A DNA stretch of 63,334 nucleotides, the filler included, from Reticulomyxa filosa (lineage: Eukaryota > Protista > Foraminifera): the NCBI GenBank assembly GCA_000512085.1. It is 28 parts of 28 records of this genome, joined end to end, with 100 filler letters (N's around TTAATTAATTAA, not from the genome) between each part and the next. Parts side by side here need not be neighbours in the genome. Positions count along the whole stretch, not along the records: positions 36,469 to 39,007 come from ASPP01023992.1; positions 39,108 to 41,766 come from ASPP01015096.1; positions 41,867 to 43,343 come from ASPP01017060.1; positions 43,444 to 45,154 come from ASPP01021607.1; positions 45,255 to 47,894 come from ASPP01008016.1; positions 47,995 to 49,109 come from ASPP01005237.1; positions 49,210 to 50,491 come from ASPP01015087.1; positions 50,592 to 52,151 come from ASPP01012225.1; 20 more parts are not named here. One strand, 5' to 3'. The position numbers and the translations under genes were made by a program. Shown one piece after another: positions 39,001 to 51,474 of the stretch. Under the pieces are notes generated by a model. It worked only from the letters and a program-made list of their open reading frames with translations, made no database searches and had not been told where the DNA came from. Position 1 is the first letter of the stretch, and each line of letters begins with the position of its first letter.

Positions 39001-39188
39001 TTTTTTTNNNNNNNNNNNNNNNNNNNNNNNNNNNNNNNNNNNNNNNNNNNNTTAATTAATTAANNNNNNNNNNNNNNNNNNNNNNNNNNNNNNNNNNNNN
39101 NNNNNNNTCTAACTTTTTTTTTTTTCCCTCCCCCTCCTCCTCCTTCTAAGAGATACTCCCATCACTCGAATTTTATATGTGTGTGTTA

Positions 39189-41737
39189 GATTTCTGTATG
39201 GAGTAAGAGACCGGATAAAAACGGAAATTGTCGACGAATATTCGAAATGGTTCCAAGGGCTATGCAAAACTATAGCAGCAGCAACCATAAGTGTGGGTAC
39301 GATGGAAACTTTGGTGAGCGAAGACAACTTACAAAAGTTGGTAACATTGTGGAAAGAAATAAAAACAGATGACAAAAGTTGTGATATCTCCTCTGTGTCG
39401 AAAATGGGACAAAGCTTTGCAGCAATCAAAACGAATAATAAACTGCTTTCGAATTTTTTCACGCATTGCAATATTGCGAAGCATTTTTATGGAAATGAAT
39501 TACAGCAATTGTATGACGTGTCAATGAAAATGACAAGTGCCAATAATTGGTCCGAACTTGCGCTGAAAGAAGTGTTGACATGGGATTGGAAATTATTCGG
39601 CACATGGAAAGGGTTGTTTTCTGCATTTGAAAAGATACAATCCTCGGATATTAATCTGTCGATGTGGCGGACGGAAATATCTCGATGTGAAGCATTGTGG
39701 ACGGTGAGGTTATTAGCGGATATGGATACGTACGAATTCTGCCAATGGGTCAGAGCCAATGCAAAAGCGATTGTTCGAGACTTGCATCGATTTGACTTTG
39801 AAAAATTTGTTCATAATATCCTCAGTTGCGAAATCGATGGACAAAAAGCAGAAAATTTCAAGGAGAATGAATTGCTGAGTGCATTGTATCCAAGCGGATC
39901 TGTCGACGATAACCACAAAACTGCCATTGCCAATTTGTATAAGGCTATTCAAACGAGAGTTTTGTCACACACACACACACACACACAAACAAAATAAGCA
40001 TACAAACATAATGAACAAATGAATGAACGCAAAAAATAAAACAAAATAAATAAATACACATGTGAATAAAAAAAAGAAAGAGGACTTATCACGAATAGTG
40101 AGAGAAAACCCTCCCACCAAACGACAATTCAATTTCGAAGGACTGAAACAAATCCTGCAAAAAGTGCGAGAGAATTGGATAGCAATGCGAGTGAAATTGC
40201 AAGAGAGAAAGATAACGGGTTTGGAAATTAAGAATAGTTTTGAATTATTGAGGCACAAGTCCGCAGAGGACATTTTCAAACAAATTCAAAGTTATTATAA
40301 AGATGTTTCCGCGGATCTTATCAGAGTGGCATTATCTGAATCCGAACAAAGAGATATGGACGACATACGATTGTCAATGCCAAATACTTGCGAACCGCAA
40401 ATTAACGAATTCAAAGCATTTGGAGCACTTATGTCACAACATAGCCAACAATTACCCAATTTATCCAATACAAATCGTCGTTTGACTGGGAAAATCCTTT
40501 TGGAACAAATCAAAAAAGAAATAGCTCGGACAGTGCAAGATTACGAAGATGGAGCCACTTCGACAGCAATGAATTGGTCCAATATCATTCACGCTTGCGA
40601 TATCCCCAGCAATTTGGAAAATTGGATTAAATTTGTTACGTATCACGTCTTTTTAAAAAATGATCGCAACCCTGTGCAAAAAGACGAAATGTACCGTCAA
40701 ATCGCACAAGATTTAAATCATGTGTTTGAGTGCTTCAATTGCGAAGAGGCCTTAAAACTATTGCGAGACGTGACGACCGCGTTTAGTTTCTGTATGAGAA
40801 AAAGCAAAAAGATTGGGAAGACGAAGAGTGGAAGGACTTAGGAGGCTTGTTGAAAACACTTGAGAATGAAACCATGAGATCTATTCTCAGATTTTGGAAT
40901 GAAAATAAGTTAAGTTTTGGTTCAAACAAACCAAACAAAAAAAAAAAAGAATCTATATATGGATGTGTGCATGTGTGCGCATGCGTGTGAAAAAAAAAAG
41001 GAAAAAAACAAAATGGAGTTATGTATGTGTATAATGAATCGATAACAATAGAGGACAACTTCCAAAGGTAAGTCTAATAGGTGTGAAGTGGCTCCAACTG
41101 GTTGCAATGAACGGCAAATTGTGGAAAGAATGTTATGAAATGTTTCAAAATGACAATGCATTCGAAGATAGGCTCCAAATCTTTGCGGATAATGACCCTG
41201 TGCAACACGAACGCAGCACGAATTTGATGCAAGTGCGCAACTTTTTGGTTAGATTCTTGGGAACAGAGTTTACAAACATAACGGAGATGTTCTTAAATTT
41301 GCTACATATCGCCCAAACGAATGTAGACGAAGAGTGGTTCAATTGCTACAAAAGCGTTTGTATATCGTGGGAATCCATTCTCAATGATACTATCGATCCA
41401 CAGGTTATTTCAAACTCCATCTTTTTTTTTCTTGGCTCCAAAAAAAAAATAAAAATATGACATTGAAAGGGATGGCTGCATCAAAGAGACAAGGAGATGC
41501 TCGAACGAATTGAAAGCGTAGATTTTCGAGATGAAAACATTTCTGACAAACAAAATTGCTTGGAAATTCGAATCACTCCCATTTCTGCTGTCAAACTGTC
41601 GGTATTCCAACCAGACCCCAAAAACGAACAAAAAAAAAAGTCCAAATTGGTCAAGGAATTTCCCATTGAAAATGATAGTGTAATGTCCCAAAAAGATTTT
41701 GAGAAATTGAGTGACCGATTGTTGATGTACATTACAG
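39189..41737 (+). CDS. Large alpha-helical protein fragment (at least 4 exons); possibly the N-terminal arm of an RNF213-like protein
   Basis: Long same-strand ORFs (272, 259, 125 and 105 aa) with short introns. No diagnostic motif, so the family guess is weak. Confidence 0.55.
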
Positions 41738-41866
41738 GTCCACTTTTTTTTTTTTTTTTTTTTTTTNNNNNNNNNNNNNNNNNNNNNNNNNNNNNNNNNN
41801 NNNNNNNNNNTTAATTAATTAANNNNNNNNNNNNNNNNNNNNNNNNNNNNNNNNNNNNNNNNNNNN

Positions 41867-41926
41867 GAAACTGCCCAATGCCACCAGAAGTGCGATGTAG
41901 GCGGGCGACCGTGGCGTCAGGTTCAC
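41867..41926 (-). CDS. Bacterial MFS transporter (Bcr/CflA-like), N-terminus only
   Basis: GTG start overlaps the upstream TGA (GTGA); reads MNLTPRSPAYIALLVALGSF to the contig end. Confidence 0.5.
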
Positions 41927-42663
41927 GTGGTTTTCGCCCCGCTGGTCGCCTCTGCTGCACCCTCCGCGCCGAAATCGCCGCCCAGCGCCATCTCTTCCTG
42001 CACCTTGGTCATGCGCGGGTAGTAATGGCGGAAGGCGCCACGGATCTCGTCGAACGGGATGTCGGCGAAGACGCCGCGATAAGCGAGATATTCCATGTGG
42101 CGGCGGCCGCCGAGGTCGAACGGGTGGTAGATCGAATCGCCCACCGCGTCCCAGTCGAGCGGTTTCAGGCCGAATTTATCGGTTAGTTCCCGGTTGAAGG
42201 CCGGCGTCGCCTTGACCCAGCGCCCGCCCAGCCAGACGTCGGTGTAGCCGTGATAGTAGAAGACGTCGCTGCCCATCAGCTCGGACAGCCGCCGGGTCGT
42301 CATGTGGTTGCGCACGTCGGCATAGCCCAGGCGCGCCGGAATGCCGGCGGCCCGGCAGACCGCGGCCATGACGCCTGCCTTGTTCACGCAGTATCCGTGC
42401 CCGGCCGCCACGGTGGTGCTGGCGCGATAGGCGTCGCGCTTCATCGGCGTGTTATAGGGATCGTAGCGCAGTTCGTCGCGCACGGCGTAGTATAGGCGCA
42501 GCGCCTTCTCCTGGTCACTGCCCTGACCCGCCACGCGCCTTGCATAGGCCACGATTATCGGGTGATGTGAATCGATCAAGTCGCCCGGTTGCCGATAGGC
42601 CTCGAAGCTGGCGCCGTCACGAACGACGTCGTCGGCCGGGGTCTTGAGGGATTCGTAATCCAT
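41923..42663 (-). CDS. Bacterial transglutaminase-like family protein
   Basis: LYYAVRDELRYDPY; GYCVNKA (Cys); YHGYTDVWLGGRWVKATPAFN (His); GC-rich codon usage, no introns. Confidence 0.9.
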   Translation of the reverse strand: MDYESLKTPADDVVRDGASFEAYRQPGDLIDSHHPIIVAYARRVAGQGSDQEKALRLYYAVRDELRYDPYNTPMKRDAYRASTTVAAGHGYCVNKAGVMAAVCRAAGIPARLGYADVRNHMTTRRLSELMGSDVFYYHGYTDVWLGGRWVKATPAFNRELTDKFGLKPLDWDAVGDSIYHPFDLGGRRHMEYLAYRGVFADIPFDEIRGAFRHYYPRMTKVQEEMALGGDFGAEGAAEATSGAKTT

Positions 42664-42701
42664 GTGCGGCGTTTTCTTTAAGGCAAGAGGCGGGAAAGTC
42701 C

Positions 42702-43200
42702 ATGAGCGACGGCGCGCAATTCACCCATGCGCATATGGTGCGCTTCGAGCGGCACCTCCCCGGCCCGCCCGCGCAGGCATGGGGCTTCCTGACGGACACC
42801 GCCCGCCTGCCCGGCTGGTACGGCGACGGCAGGATCGAGCCGAGGGTGGGTGGCGCCGTATCGCTGATGGGAGGCCACATTCGCGGGGTCGTCACGCAAT
42901 GGCAGCCGCCCGGCCGGCTGGCCTATACATGGAACGTGTACAATCCGGGTGACGCCACCTCGCCCTACCCGGAATCCTACGTGATCCTGAACCCTGGCGC
43001 CCGCAGTGGAGGGAACCATGTTCACGCTGGAACACCTGCCGGTGCTGGAGTCGTTCGTGAAGCTGAACGCCATGGGCTGGCACACCTTCGTCGACATGGT
43101 CGATGCCGCCATCCGCGGCGAGGCGGTGCACGGACGCGATCACTACATGGCCCGGAACGCCGAGCGCTATGGCGTCGACCTGAGCAACCCGCTGGGCTGA
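42702..43200 (+). CDS. Bacterial SRPBCC/AHSA1 family protein with a 1-nt frameshift near 42990
   Basis: VRFERHLPGPPAQAWGFLTD..LPGW..PPGRLAYTW. Removing one A gives VILTLAPAVEGTMFTLEH..GWHTFVDMV, which ends at 43200. Confidence 0.85.
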
Positions 43201-43866
43201 TCGTTACTCGATCGACACGGGGCGGCGGATTTCGTCGTTCCTGAAGCCGATCATCATCGGCCGCGCGCGCCGGCCTTGGCGCCGCCGCTTCGACTGCCTC
43301 TACTACCGCGACGCCGATCGCCGTCGCGATAGCCTTGTCCTTTNNNNNNNNNNNNNNNNNNNNNNNNNNNNNNNNNNNNNNNNNNNNTTAATTAATTAAN
43401 NNNNNNNNNNNNNNNNNNNNNNNNNNNNNNNNNNNNNNNNNNNTTTGAAACAGCAAGAAAAGTAAGGAAAAAATACTTACTCAAATTTGTGGAGATGTTC
43501 TTTCTTTTAGTTTAAATACTCTGCTTCAACGGAAAACCTGATAAAGGGAGCAAATGTTGCAATATTAATTTCAAAGAAAAAATACAATAAAATGAACAAA
43601 TCCGATTATTTTTTACATAAAAGATAAATAAAAAAAATGATTAAGTACAATGTTTCAGTTTAGAATCTTTATAAAAATAAGGTGTATTTTCCATCAATTT
43701 TTTTGTTTGGAAGACAAAACAAGATTTCAAATTGAAGCGATATTAGCATAATTCATAACAAGTTGTTTTAAAGTGTAACAAAAAATAAATTTCATGATTA
43801 TATGAAATTAAAAAAACAAATTAAAGCAATGTTTAATGAAAAATTCAATTTTCTTTATACTATGCT

Positions 43867-45060
43867 TTATTTTATTCTACTATATTTGAAAATAATGTGA
43901 TCAAAATCATCAATCCATCCTAATTTTATTTTTAAAGCTCGAATCCAATATTCAATAATAAATTTTATTTCATCTTTTGACTGTTATATACAATATAATT
44001 TATTTTTGTGTTTCATCAAAATAAATAAATAAACAAATTATTACCAATTGTGAAGTATCCCATACACGCACTTTAGTCTTCATGTGAATTGATAGTGTTG
44101 TACCTTTATCATCTTCTCCTCCAATGATGTGTATAAAATTATCTTCTTCACTTAGTATTGCAATAGAATCATATAATGGACTGGGTAAAATATTTTGAAA
44201 TGTTATCCATTTGTCTTCTCGAATTGAATACTTATGTACTGATTTTAAATAAATGCTCTTGTTATACTTATAACTAAATCCACCAAAAAACAAGATGCTA
44301 TCATTGATGCGCACATATGCAGATGCGTGAAATGGTGCAATACCCTTACAAACTAGTTTATGAAATTGAAAAGTATTGTTATCTTCATCATATTCAATTG
44401 ATAATCCTATCTTCCAACAAAATAACAACATTTGATAATTTTGTTTATTTTTTTCTTCATTTAATACAAAGCAACGAAATATTGCTGAACTATTAATTGG
44501 TAAAGTATCATGTTTAACAAATTCAAATGTATTTAAATCAAACACGCTAATATTCCGTGGAAAATAAGTAATAAATAACAAATTATTTTGATTCCACCAA
44601 TCACTGCACGCATTCCTTCATAATTATCATCATCTCTTCCAGTAATAATTGGATGATTTTGATTGTCTGTGAAAGGAACCCATTGATTGTAATTGCTTAA
44701 TTCATCTGATTTGTTTGATATATCTAATATATTACTCCAAACACTTACATATTTCATCACCAACGTATGTTTATTTTCATGTCCACCAAAAGACAGTAAA
44801 GTGATTTGATTGATATCTTTGTTGTTGTTATTGTTGCTATCTACCATTTTCACTACAAAATGTCTATGTAATTTAATATCGCTTGGATACTCACAGATAA
44901 ACTTGTATTCGTTTTTGATTGTATGATAAGAATAACAAGCTTTTTTATACCAACCCCCACAAATGATGATTTCATGTTTGTATGATACACATGGAGAGTG
45001 AGAAAGTGGAGTGGGCAACTCTTTCAAATCTTGAAAGATGGTCGTATTTTGATTGCCCAT
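43867..45060 (-). CDS. Kelch-repeat protein (paralogue of 32280-33521) with an N-myristoylation-like start and a frameshift near 44590
   Basis: MGNQNT start, same blade motifs, terminal exon SKDEIKFIIEYWIRALKIKLGWIDDFDHIIFKYSRIK*. Confidence 0.88.
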
Positions 45061-45260
45061 GTTGTTGAATTTATTTAAGGTAGTTTTTTTTAAAAAAAAA
45101 AGGGACCCTTAAAAAAAAACAAGATATTTTACATTAACATTTTTTGTTTGGTTANNNNNNNNNNNNNNNNNNNNNNNNNNNNNNNNNNNNNNNNNNNNTT
45201 AATTAATTAANNNNNNNNNNNNNNNNNNNNNNNNNNNNNNNNNNNNNNNNNNNNAAACCC

Positions 45261-47118
45261 TTAACTTGACGCGTATGCTTCAGAAAACACCCTCGCTTGG
45301 TCAGTTCCTTTAGTTTTTTTTGCAGTCTTTATAGCTTCTTTATCTTCACTTACTTTTGCTAAATCAGCTAAATTATCTTTACTATCTTTAATTACAGTAC
45401 TGTCGCTTAATACTTTATCACTAGTGCTGCTATCATTAATTACTGTACTAGTACTCAATTCAACATTACTGCTATCTTTAACTACCATACTTGAACTTAA
45501 TGAAGGATTTAGATTCTTGCTATCTACATTTTCGGAACTTGAATTTTCTCTCATCTCAAAAACTGATAACTTATTTATAATTTTTATATCCTGCTTATCG
45601 GCATTCGAATTATTAGTTATACCCAATTCTTGTTTAGCTTTAATTTTGTTATATTCCTCTAACCATTCGGAAGGTTCTTTTCCATCTATTTTCTTCTAAC
45701 TATTAACAGCCCATTGCACCGGATCCTTGCCTTCTATTGAATATCCATTTTCTTTAGCCCATGCAATAGGATCTTTATCTGCAAGACTAATAATCCAATT
45801 TCCTGATTTCAATAATTCATCAGGTGCATTGGTTTTTAAAATTATATCAAGTGTATTGCTTAATTCTTTTGCAATATTCATTCTCCACACAGTGCTTAAA
45901 ACATAAAAATCCACTACATCTTCTTTATTGTTTGCAGTTAATACTAATCTATCACCGCTTGATGCTGAATCTAAGTTCATTCTATACTTATGATCAATTA
46001 AATTTACATCGGCTTTATAAAGTTTAACAACCCTATTTCCTATTACATTTTCTAATTCATCTTTACCTATTTGTTGCTGATCTAATGCTTCTTTAAATTT
46101 TCTTATATCAAATGAAATGATCATTTTATGAGTTTTTACTTCTACTAGTTGTCCATCCGAGCTTATATCAATATCTGTTTTCTCCTTGGCATATCCAAAA
46201 TCTATAAAATTCTTTAAGATGACTTTTCTTAATTCTTGTTCAGTTGAATATACTTCTAAACCTGCTTTACCTTGATCTATTTTAACCACCTCTTTATCTT
46301 TGCTAATTCCAAAATTATTACCATGCCTATCAATATCTCCTGCAGCTATTGAGGAAGCAAATGCAACTTCAAAACCGTTTATATCTTTAAACGCTTCTGG
46401 ATTATCCAATATAACAGTTGATTTAGGATCTTTATTTCCTGACAAGCTAGCTAAGGTTTGAAACTCACTAAAATAGGAGTTGATTTATTAAATTTATTTG
46501 GATCTGCTCCAGTTGGGATAGTCCTTTTCCAACCAGTATTTTGGGTTTTCTCAGCTTGAGCTGATGGAGTTGTATTCTGACCTTTTTTCTTAGTAGTGTC
46601 CTCTCCTTTTTCTGTTTCTTTATTTTCACCTTTTTCTTTATCTACAGATTTTTCCTTAGATTTTTCCCTTTCTTTAGCTAGTTCTGCCTTTAGCGTTTTA
46701 TTCTCACTTTTTTAATGAGATTTTTCTTGATCCTTTGATGAATTCATTGCTGATTTTGTAGCTGTTCCAACTATAAATGCTAGAAGTCTAATTGCAATAG
46801 CTGCAGCTGCCCCACCTGTTAAGAGCATGAAAACAGCCATTGCTACACCAACTTTTGCTCCAGTTTTCATAGAGTCAAACATGCCTTTTCCTGAAGATTT
46901 CTTTTTTTCTTCATCTTCATCTGCAGTTTGGGATTTTTTATCTTTAGTTGTAGCAGCTTCTTTTTCCTCAGACTTTTCTTCTGATTTTGTTTCTTTTTTC
47001 TCTTCTTTCTTCACTGGTTGAAGGTTAGCTGCTTTCTCTCTCTTAGTTATAATTTCAGTTAAATTTGGAATTTTTCCGATATCTTTAACTCTTGTATTAA
47101 ATTCATTGGCAATGTCAC
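45261..47118 (-). pseudogene. Rickettsiales-like effector pseudogene: TM hairpin, PI3/PI4-kinase-like (LepB-N/HipA-fold) C-lobe, GKDPxxWA repeats, Ser-rich tail
   Basis: IAAGDIDRHGNNFG..VVKIDQGKA catalytic motifs and DKDPIAWAKEN/GKDPVQWAVNS/GKEPSEW repeats. The frame continues through TAA (46712) and TAG (45696). A frameshift or deletion lies near 46470. No introns. Confidence 0.7.
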
Positions 47119-47558
47119 TAAGGAATAAGAACTCTTTAATACTTTTGATAATCGAGATTTAAAACAGTATAGATATTCGGTCTATCTAACCATTGCCTTA
47201 ACTCAGCACTATATGAATAGTGAATATTACCATCTTTTATTTTCGCTCCTGCTAAAAAACTCGAAACTCCTCATTCTCTTTTCTTATCTTTCCCGAGAAT
47301 ATTCCATCTTAGTTTGATATTTACTAAGTTTTCTAGATTCTTCTTTAATGCACTATTACATTCACTGGATTCCTTCCATCCAAGAGCTTTTAATAAAGCT
47401 CGAACATTTATTTTATGTTGATGCTCGTATATAAGAGCGGTAAAAGCATTTTTTAATAATATATTAGCTATTTTACGTTCTATAGCAGATATCTTATTAC
47501 TAATATGTACCGCTGCACTATGCTTTATTAAAGTATTATGTTTCTTAATTTCTAACAC
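47118..47558 (-). pseudogene. Plasmid-type replication initiator (Rep_3/RepB family) remnant
   Basis: LIKHSAAVHISNKISAIERKIANILLKNA..WNILGKDKKRE*GVSSFLAGAKIKDGNIHYSYSAELRQWLDRPNIYTVLNL, then a frameshift to VLKSSYSL, then truncation. Confidence 0.8.
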
Positions 47559-47751
47559 ACATACTCATAAAAATTATTGTTTTTTATTTTTTTTTTGACG
47601 CTTGTATCATTTTATCTATTGCTTTAATGACTATTGAGCTTGCGAGCACTTGGCATCGAAAGGCCTTCTTCTGGCTTTGAAAAATGCCTTAAAGCTTCAG
47701 TATAATACTGGTTTAATCTTAAATTAAATACCTTTTTCTTAATAGATTTTG

Positions 47752-47894
47752 GGGATTGCTACCTTAAAGATACATCAGCAAGTCTTCTTCAAATAAGAAG
47801 ACTATGGCTAATTCAACCATAGCTGGAGATTTTGAATAGCATCTTGACCAGCGCCTAAATCTAGCTAGATAATGCCTGACGTTGCAATTTATAC
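47752..47894 (-). mobile_element. IS1-family element right end; transposase (InsB-like) C-terminus at 47764-47892
   Basis: INCNVRHYLARFRRWSRCYSKSPAMVELAIVFLF matches the IS1 N-x2-RH-x-LAR-x2-R-x3-C-x-SKS signature. A candidate terminal IR reads GGGATTGCTACC on the + strand. Confidence 0.75.
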
Positions 47895-48045
47895 NNNNNN
47901 NNNNNNNNNNNNNNNNNNNNNNNNNNNNNNNNNNNNNNTTAATTAATTAANNNNNNNNNNNNNNNNNNNNNNNNNNNNNNNNNNNNNNNNNNNNTTTTTT
48001 TTTTTTTTTGACACATGGGGCTCACTATTCGATTGTTTTGTATAG

Positions 48046-48514
48046 AAGGCTGCTTATTTGTATAATACGGCTCTCCGATTGCGTGATGAGTATGGCGGTG
48101 ATACTCCACGTTCTGTGGATGAACTCTGTGGCTTGCCTGGCATTGGGCCGAAAATGGCATATATCTTTGCTCAAGTTGCATGGAAGCAGTTAACTGATTG
48201 CATGCTTTTTGCAACAACTGCGGTAATGTTTTTTTTTTTTTATCTCACTGTTCAGAAATTTGGGAATTGGTGTTGATGTACATGTTCATCGAATTACCAA
48301 TTTGTTGGGTTGGACGCTTAAAAAACAATGCAAAACGCCAGAGGCCACGAGAAAAGTACTCGAGTCATGGCTACCCAAAGAATTATGGCCGGGACTCAAT
48401 CGACTATTGGTTGGTTTTGGTCAAACAGTATGTTTGCCAAGAAAACCAAGATGCACTGAGTGCTTAATCAACACTTTATGTCCCATTGGCATTAAAGTAG
48501 CTAAAATGCTTTAA
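48046..48514 (+). CDS. NTH1: Endonuclease III homologue (HhH-GPD glycosylase), 3' exons
   Basis: [12 protein letters not shown] HhH motif, [11 protein letters not shown], and the 4Fe-4S motif [18 protein letters not shown]. Confidence 0.93.
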
Positions 48515-49209
48515 CTCAACAGAGTTCTAACAGGATTTATATAATCCACTTAATTGTCAATGGCTTATTTTAATTTTCAGCAAATATAGCACTGTGATAC
48601 ACAAACTACGTGTCGATGTTAGTCAGTTGTTGTGCTTTGGAGTAAAATAGAAAAAAAAACACACAATGCTTTCATTTATGTAAAAGGTGTTTTTAAATTG
48701 TATTTGGATAAGTCTCGATAAATTGTCTAAGAACAACAATGTCTACATTAATACATAAAGAAAAAACTTCGGAGATATTCATGACATTCAGATATAATTA
48801 CTAAGTTGAAAAACAAAAAACGACTTTATAAATCGAAGAAACTCAATTCTGTCTTAAAACTCAAAATATCTTTGCATTGAAGTGTAAATGGAAGTTGACT
48901 TAAGTTAGAAATAATTTTTTATCAATATATCTAACAAGACTGATTTGAATACTTTTTTTGATGAACTTAATTTTATTATAAAAAAGTGTGTTACATGTGA
49001 TGATATTTGATAGTATAATTAAATTTAAAAATTGTGATTATTAGGCGAGAATATGCCCAATTATTGCCCAAGTCAAGGGCATTTTATCAATATAATTTTT
49101 TTTTTTTTTNNNNNNNNNNNNNNNNNNNNNNNNNNNNNNNNNNNNNNNNNNNNTTAATTAATTAANNNNNNNNNNNNNNNNNNNNNNNNNNNNNNNNNNN
49201 NNNNNNNNN

Positions 49210-50491
49210 AAAAAAAAATGTAACCTTTGACTCGATGGATGCAAAAATGATCCCCGTCAAGGAATGGACATTGTCATCACCTTTACTATCCAATAGCAAA
49301 TTGGATAGTTTTCTGGTGTTTGGATTAAAACATCCTATTTCAATCTCACTAAGAGAGATCTTTTCTTTCGTTGCTACTATATACTTCAAAGCGTTCACGT
49401 TACTACGAATGTGCAAATTAACGTACAATTGCCTGGGTTTGCTATCACGAAAAATCCACAGTGGAAACGTGAGACGTTGGCTTTGTGCTGGTAACAATAG
49501 GTACCGAAACGTCTGGAATTCGTACTCTTTCGTGTGACAAGAATAGCATTCACTCTTTTTTTTTTTTTTTTTGCAAATTGCACAAAGCATGGACGTCCTT
49601 AGAAAGCCATGGAGGGATACACTGCAAAAAAAGGATGCACACCTTGTTGCACTCAATACCGTCAAATACTTGTGCGATAAAAGAGCTATGTGGCAATTTA
49701 TTATAAAGCTCAATTCCAATTTTTTGAATATCTTCTGCACTCATCTGTTTATTTCCATTCTTGCGAACATTCTGTCCTTTTGTAGTTGTCTTTTTCGCTG
49801 TCGTTTGCTCTAATTCATTCAGTATACAGTGCATCACGGCGAATGCATCCTCTTGCTCATTTCCGACGAAGCTGTACAACCAGTGGTATTTCAGTTCAAC
49901 AAAAACGCAAATGAAATTGCGTACTTTGACTTGCTCTTTTTTAGTGCAAAATGCTTATACACTTTTCTTTTTTGTTTTGTTTTTTTTTTTTGTTGTTTTT
50001 GTTTTCTCTAAAAGTCCAATAAGGAAAGACCAAAGACTAAGGGAAATTAAATTGCCTTATTTTACCTTTTGTCAATTTCCCCCACTTTTTGCATTAGATT
50101 GTATAAAGAGGTGAATTGCACGTGTTCATCATCATTTTGACGATCGACATTTGCTTTCAATTTTCTCCATAAGCAATACATGCAAGCAAAACTATCAAAA
50201 GGACCTTCGTTCTGGTCTAAATCCACAAGTGTTTTTACTTGAAGTAAACACTTTTTTTTTTTTCCAAAAATAGAGAAAAAAAAGAACACAACGTCCATCA
50301 ATACATGCACACTCTAAACTTTTTATTCGTAAAAAAAAAAAAAAGAAAATAAACTTGAACAGCAGCTTAAGAAAACAAGAGTTTCCTACATTCTTTAGAC
50401 CTATCATTCCTTTAATTTTGGTTGGCTCAATTTCTTCACTTTTTCTGGTGTGTGTGAGTTTTTGTACGAGTCAGTTGGAAGTATTTACTAA
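49210..50491 (-). CDS. Ubiquitin-specific protease (USP, peptidase C19), internal exons
   Basis: Cys box GLKNVGNSCFL, EQEDA, SFIAQVFDG and CYSC..FRYLLLP. Confidence 0.85.
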
Positions 50492-50639
50492 NNNNNNNNN
50501 NNNNNNNNNNNNNNNNNNNNNNNNNNNNNNNNNNNTTAATTAATTAANNNNNNNNNNNNNNNNNNNNNNNNNNNNNNNNNNNNNNNNNNNNTATACAATA
50601 CAATCTAATCTTTTAAAAAAATAAAAAAAAAAAAAAAAC

Positions 50640-51190
50640 TTCAAATTGTTGATATTTTGTAGTTTATCAACTATTTGATCAGCATGTCGAAGTTTGTTTA
50701 TCTTCCTTGGGATATCTTGCACAATTCCTTTTTTTGCAACAATGTTGTCCCAACGCACATTGGCATTGTCGTCCGGGCCCCTTTGATATTCTTGTCTGGA
50801 CCAAACTGGTGGCTCGTTAATTTTCGTTTGCGCTGGCTCTTGTTTAAGAGCAGAGCTTCTACTATCTATCAGGAAATTTAGCATTGTGTAGATTTGATAC
50901 ACTAATATTATCAACAAACAGACGATCACTATCACATTTGTACGTATTTGTCTCATGTGTGAACTCGGGTTTGCCGACAAATTCATGTTCGATATCTTGC
51001 TTGGGCTTTGATTTTCAATGGAGGCGATTGCCCCGGCTGTAGTGGCTTTGCTCAATATCAATGGGGGTCGTCGTATTGTCGTCTTCAAATTTCCATTATC
51101 CAATCTTTGCAACGAGATTTTCCGTGCTTTGCCGCCCGATAGCGAAGATACTTCATTTGCGAACATGTTCCTGTGAGCCTTTGAAACGGG
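50640..51190 (-). CDS. Type II membrane protein, partial
   Basis: Single TM segment NVIVIVCLLIILVYQIYTML within a long ORF. Confidence 0.5.
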
Positions 51191-51474
51191 GGCCAAAAAA
51201 CAAAAAATTTAAAACAGTTCAAAGCTCTCTTTGTTAACGTTTGCAAGTCAAAATTCAAACGCAAACACTACAATTTTTGTTTACCCTGCCTTTGCACTGT
51301 TATTACTGTTTTTTAAAATGCAAACGTGTACAGGCTGTTGAGTTTGCCACCTTTTGTACAACGCTTAGACGCAACAATAACTTACCAAAAAAAGAACAGT
51401 TTTTACAAGTTAAAAAAAGGGGGAGAGTAATAATAGTTGTGCGGTGCAATTAAGAAATAAATAAAAAAGAAGTA

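Noticed and set aside
42985-42995. Programmed frameshift in the SRPBCC gene (similar single shifts in the Kelch and CAP-Gly genes)
   Set aside because: No slippery heptamer or stimulatory structure seen. These are single-base indels, mostly in short homopolymers, consistent with sequencing error or recent mutation.
45255-47894. Alternative genetic code (TGA=Trp, TAA/TAG=Gln) suggested by three read-through stops
   Set aside because: TGG, CAA and CAG are used normally in the same genes, all three stop types are involved, and frameshifts and deletions co-occur. Decay is the simpler explanation.
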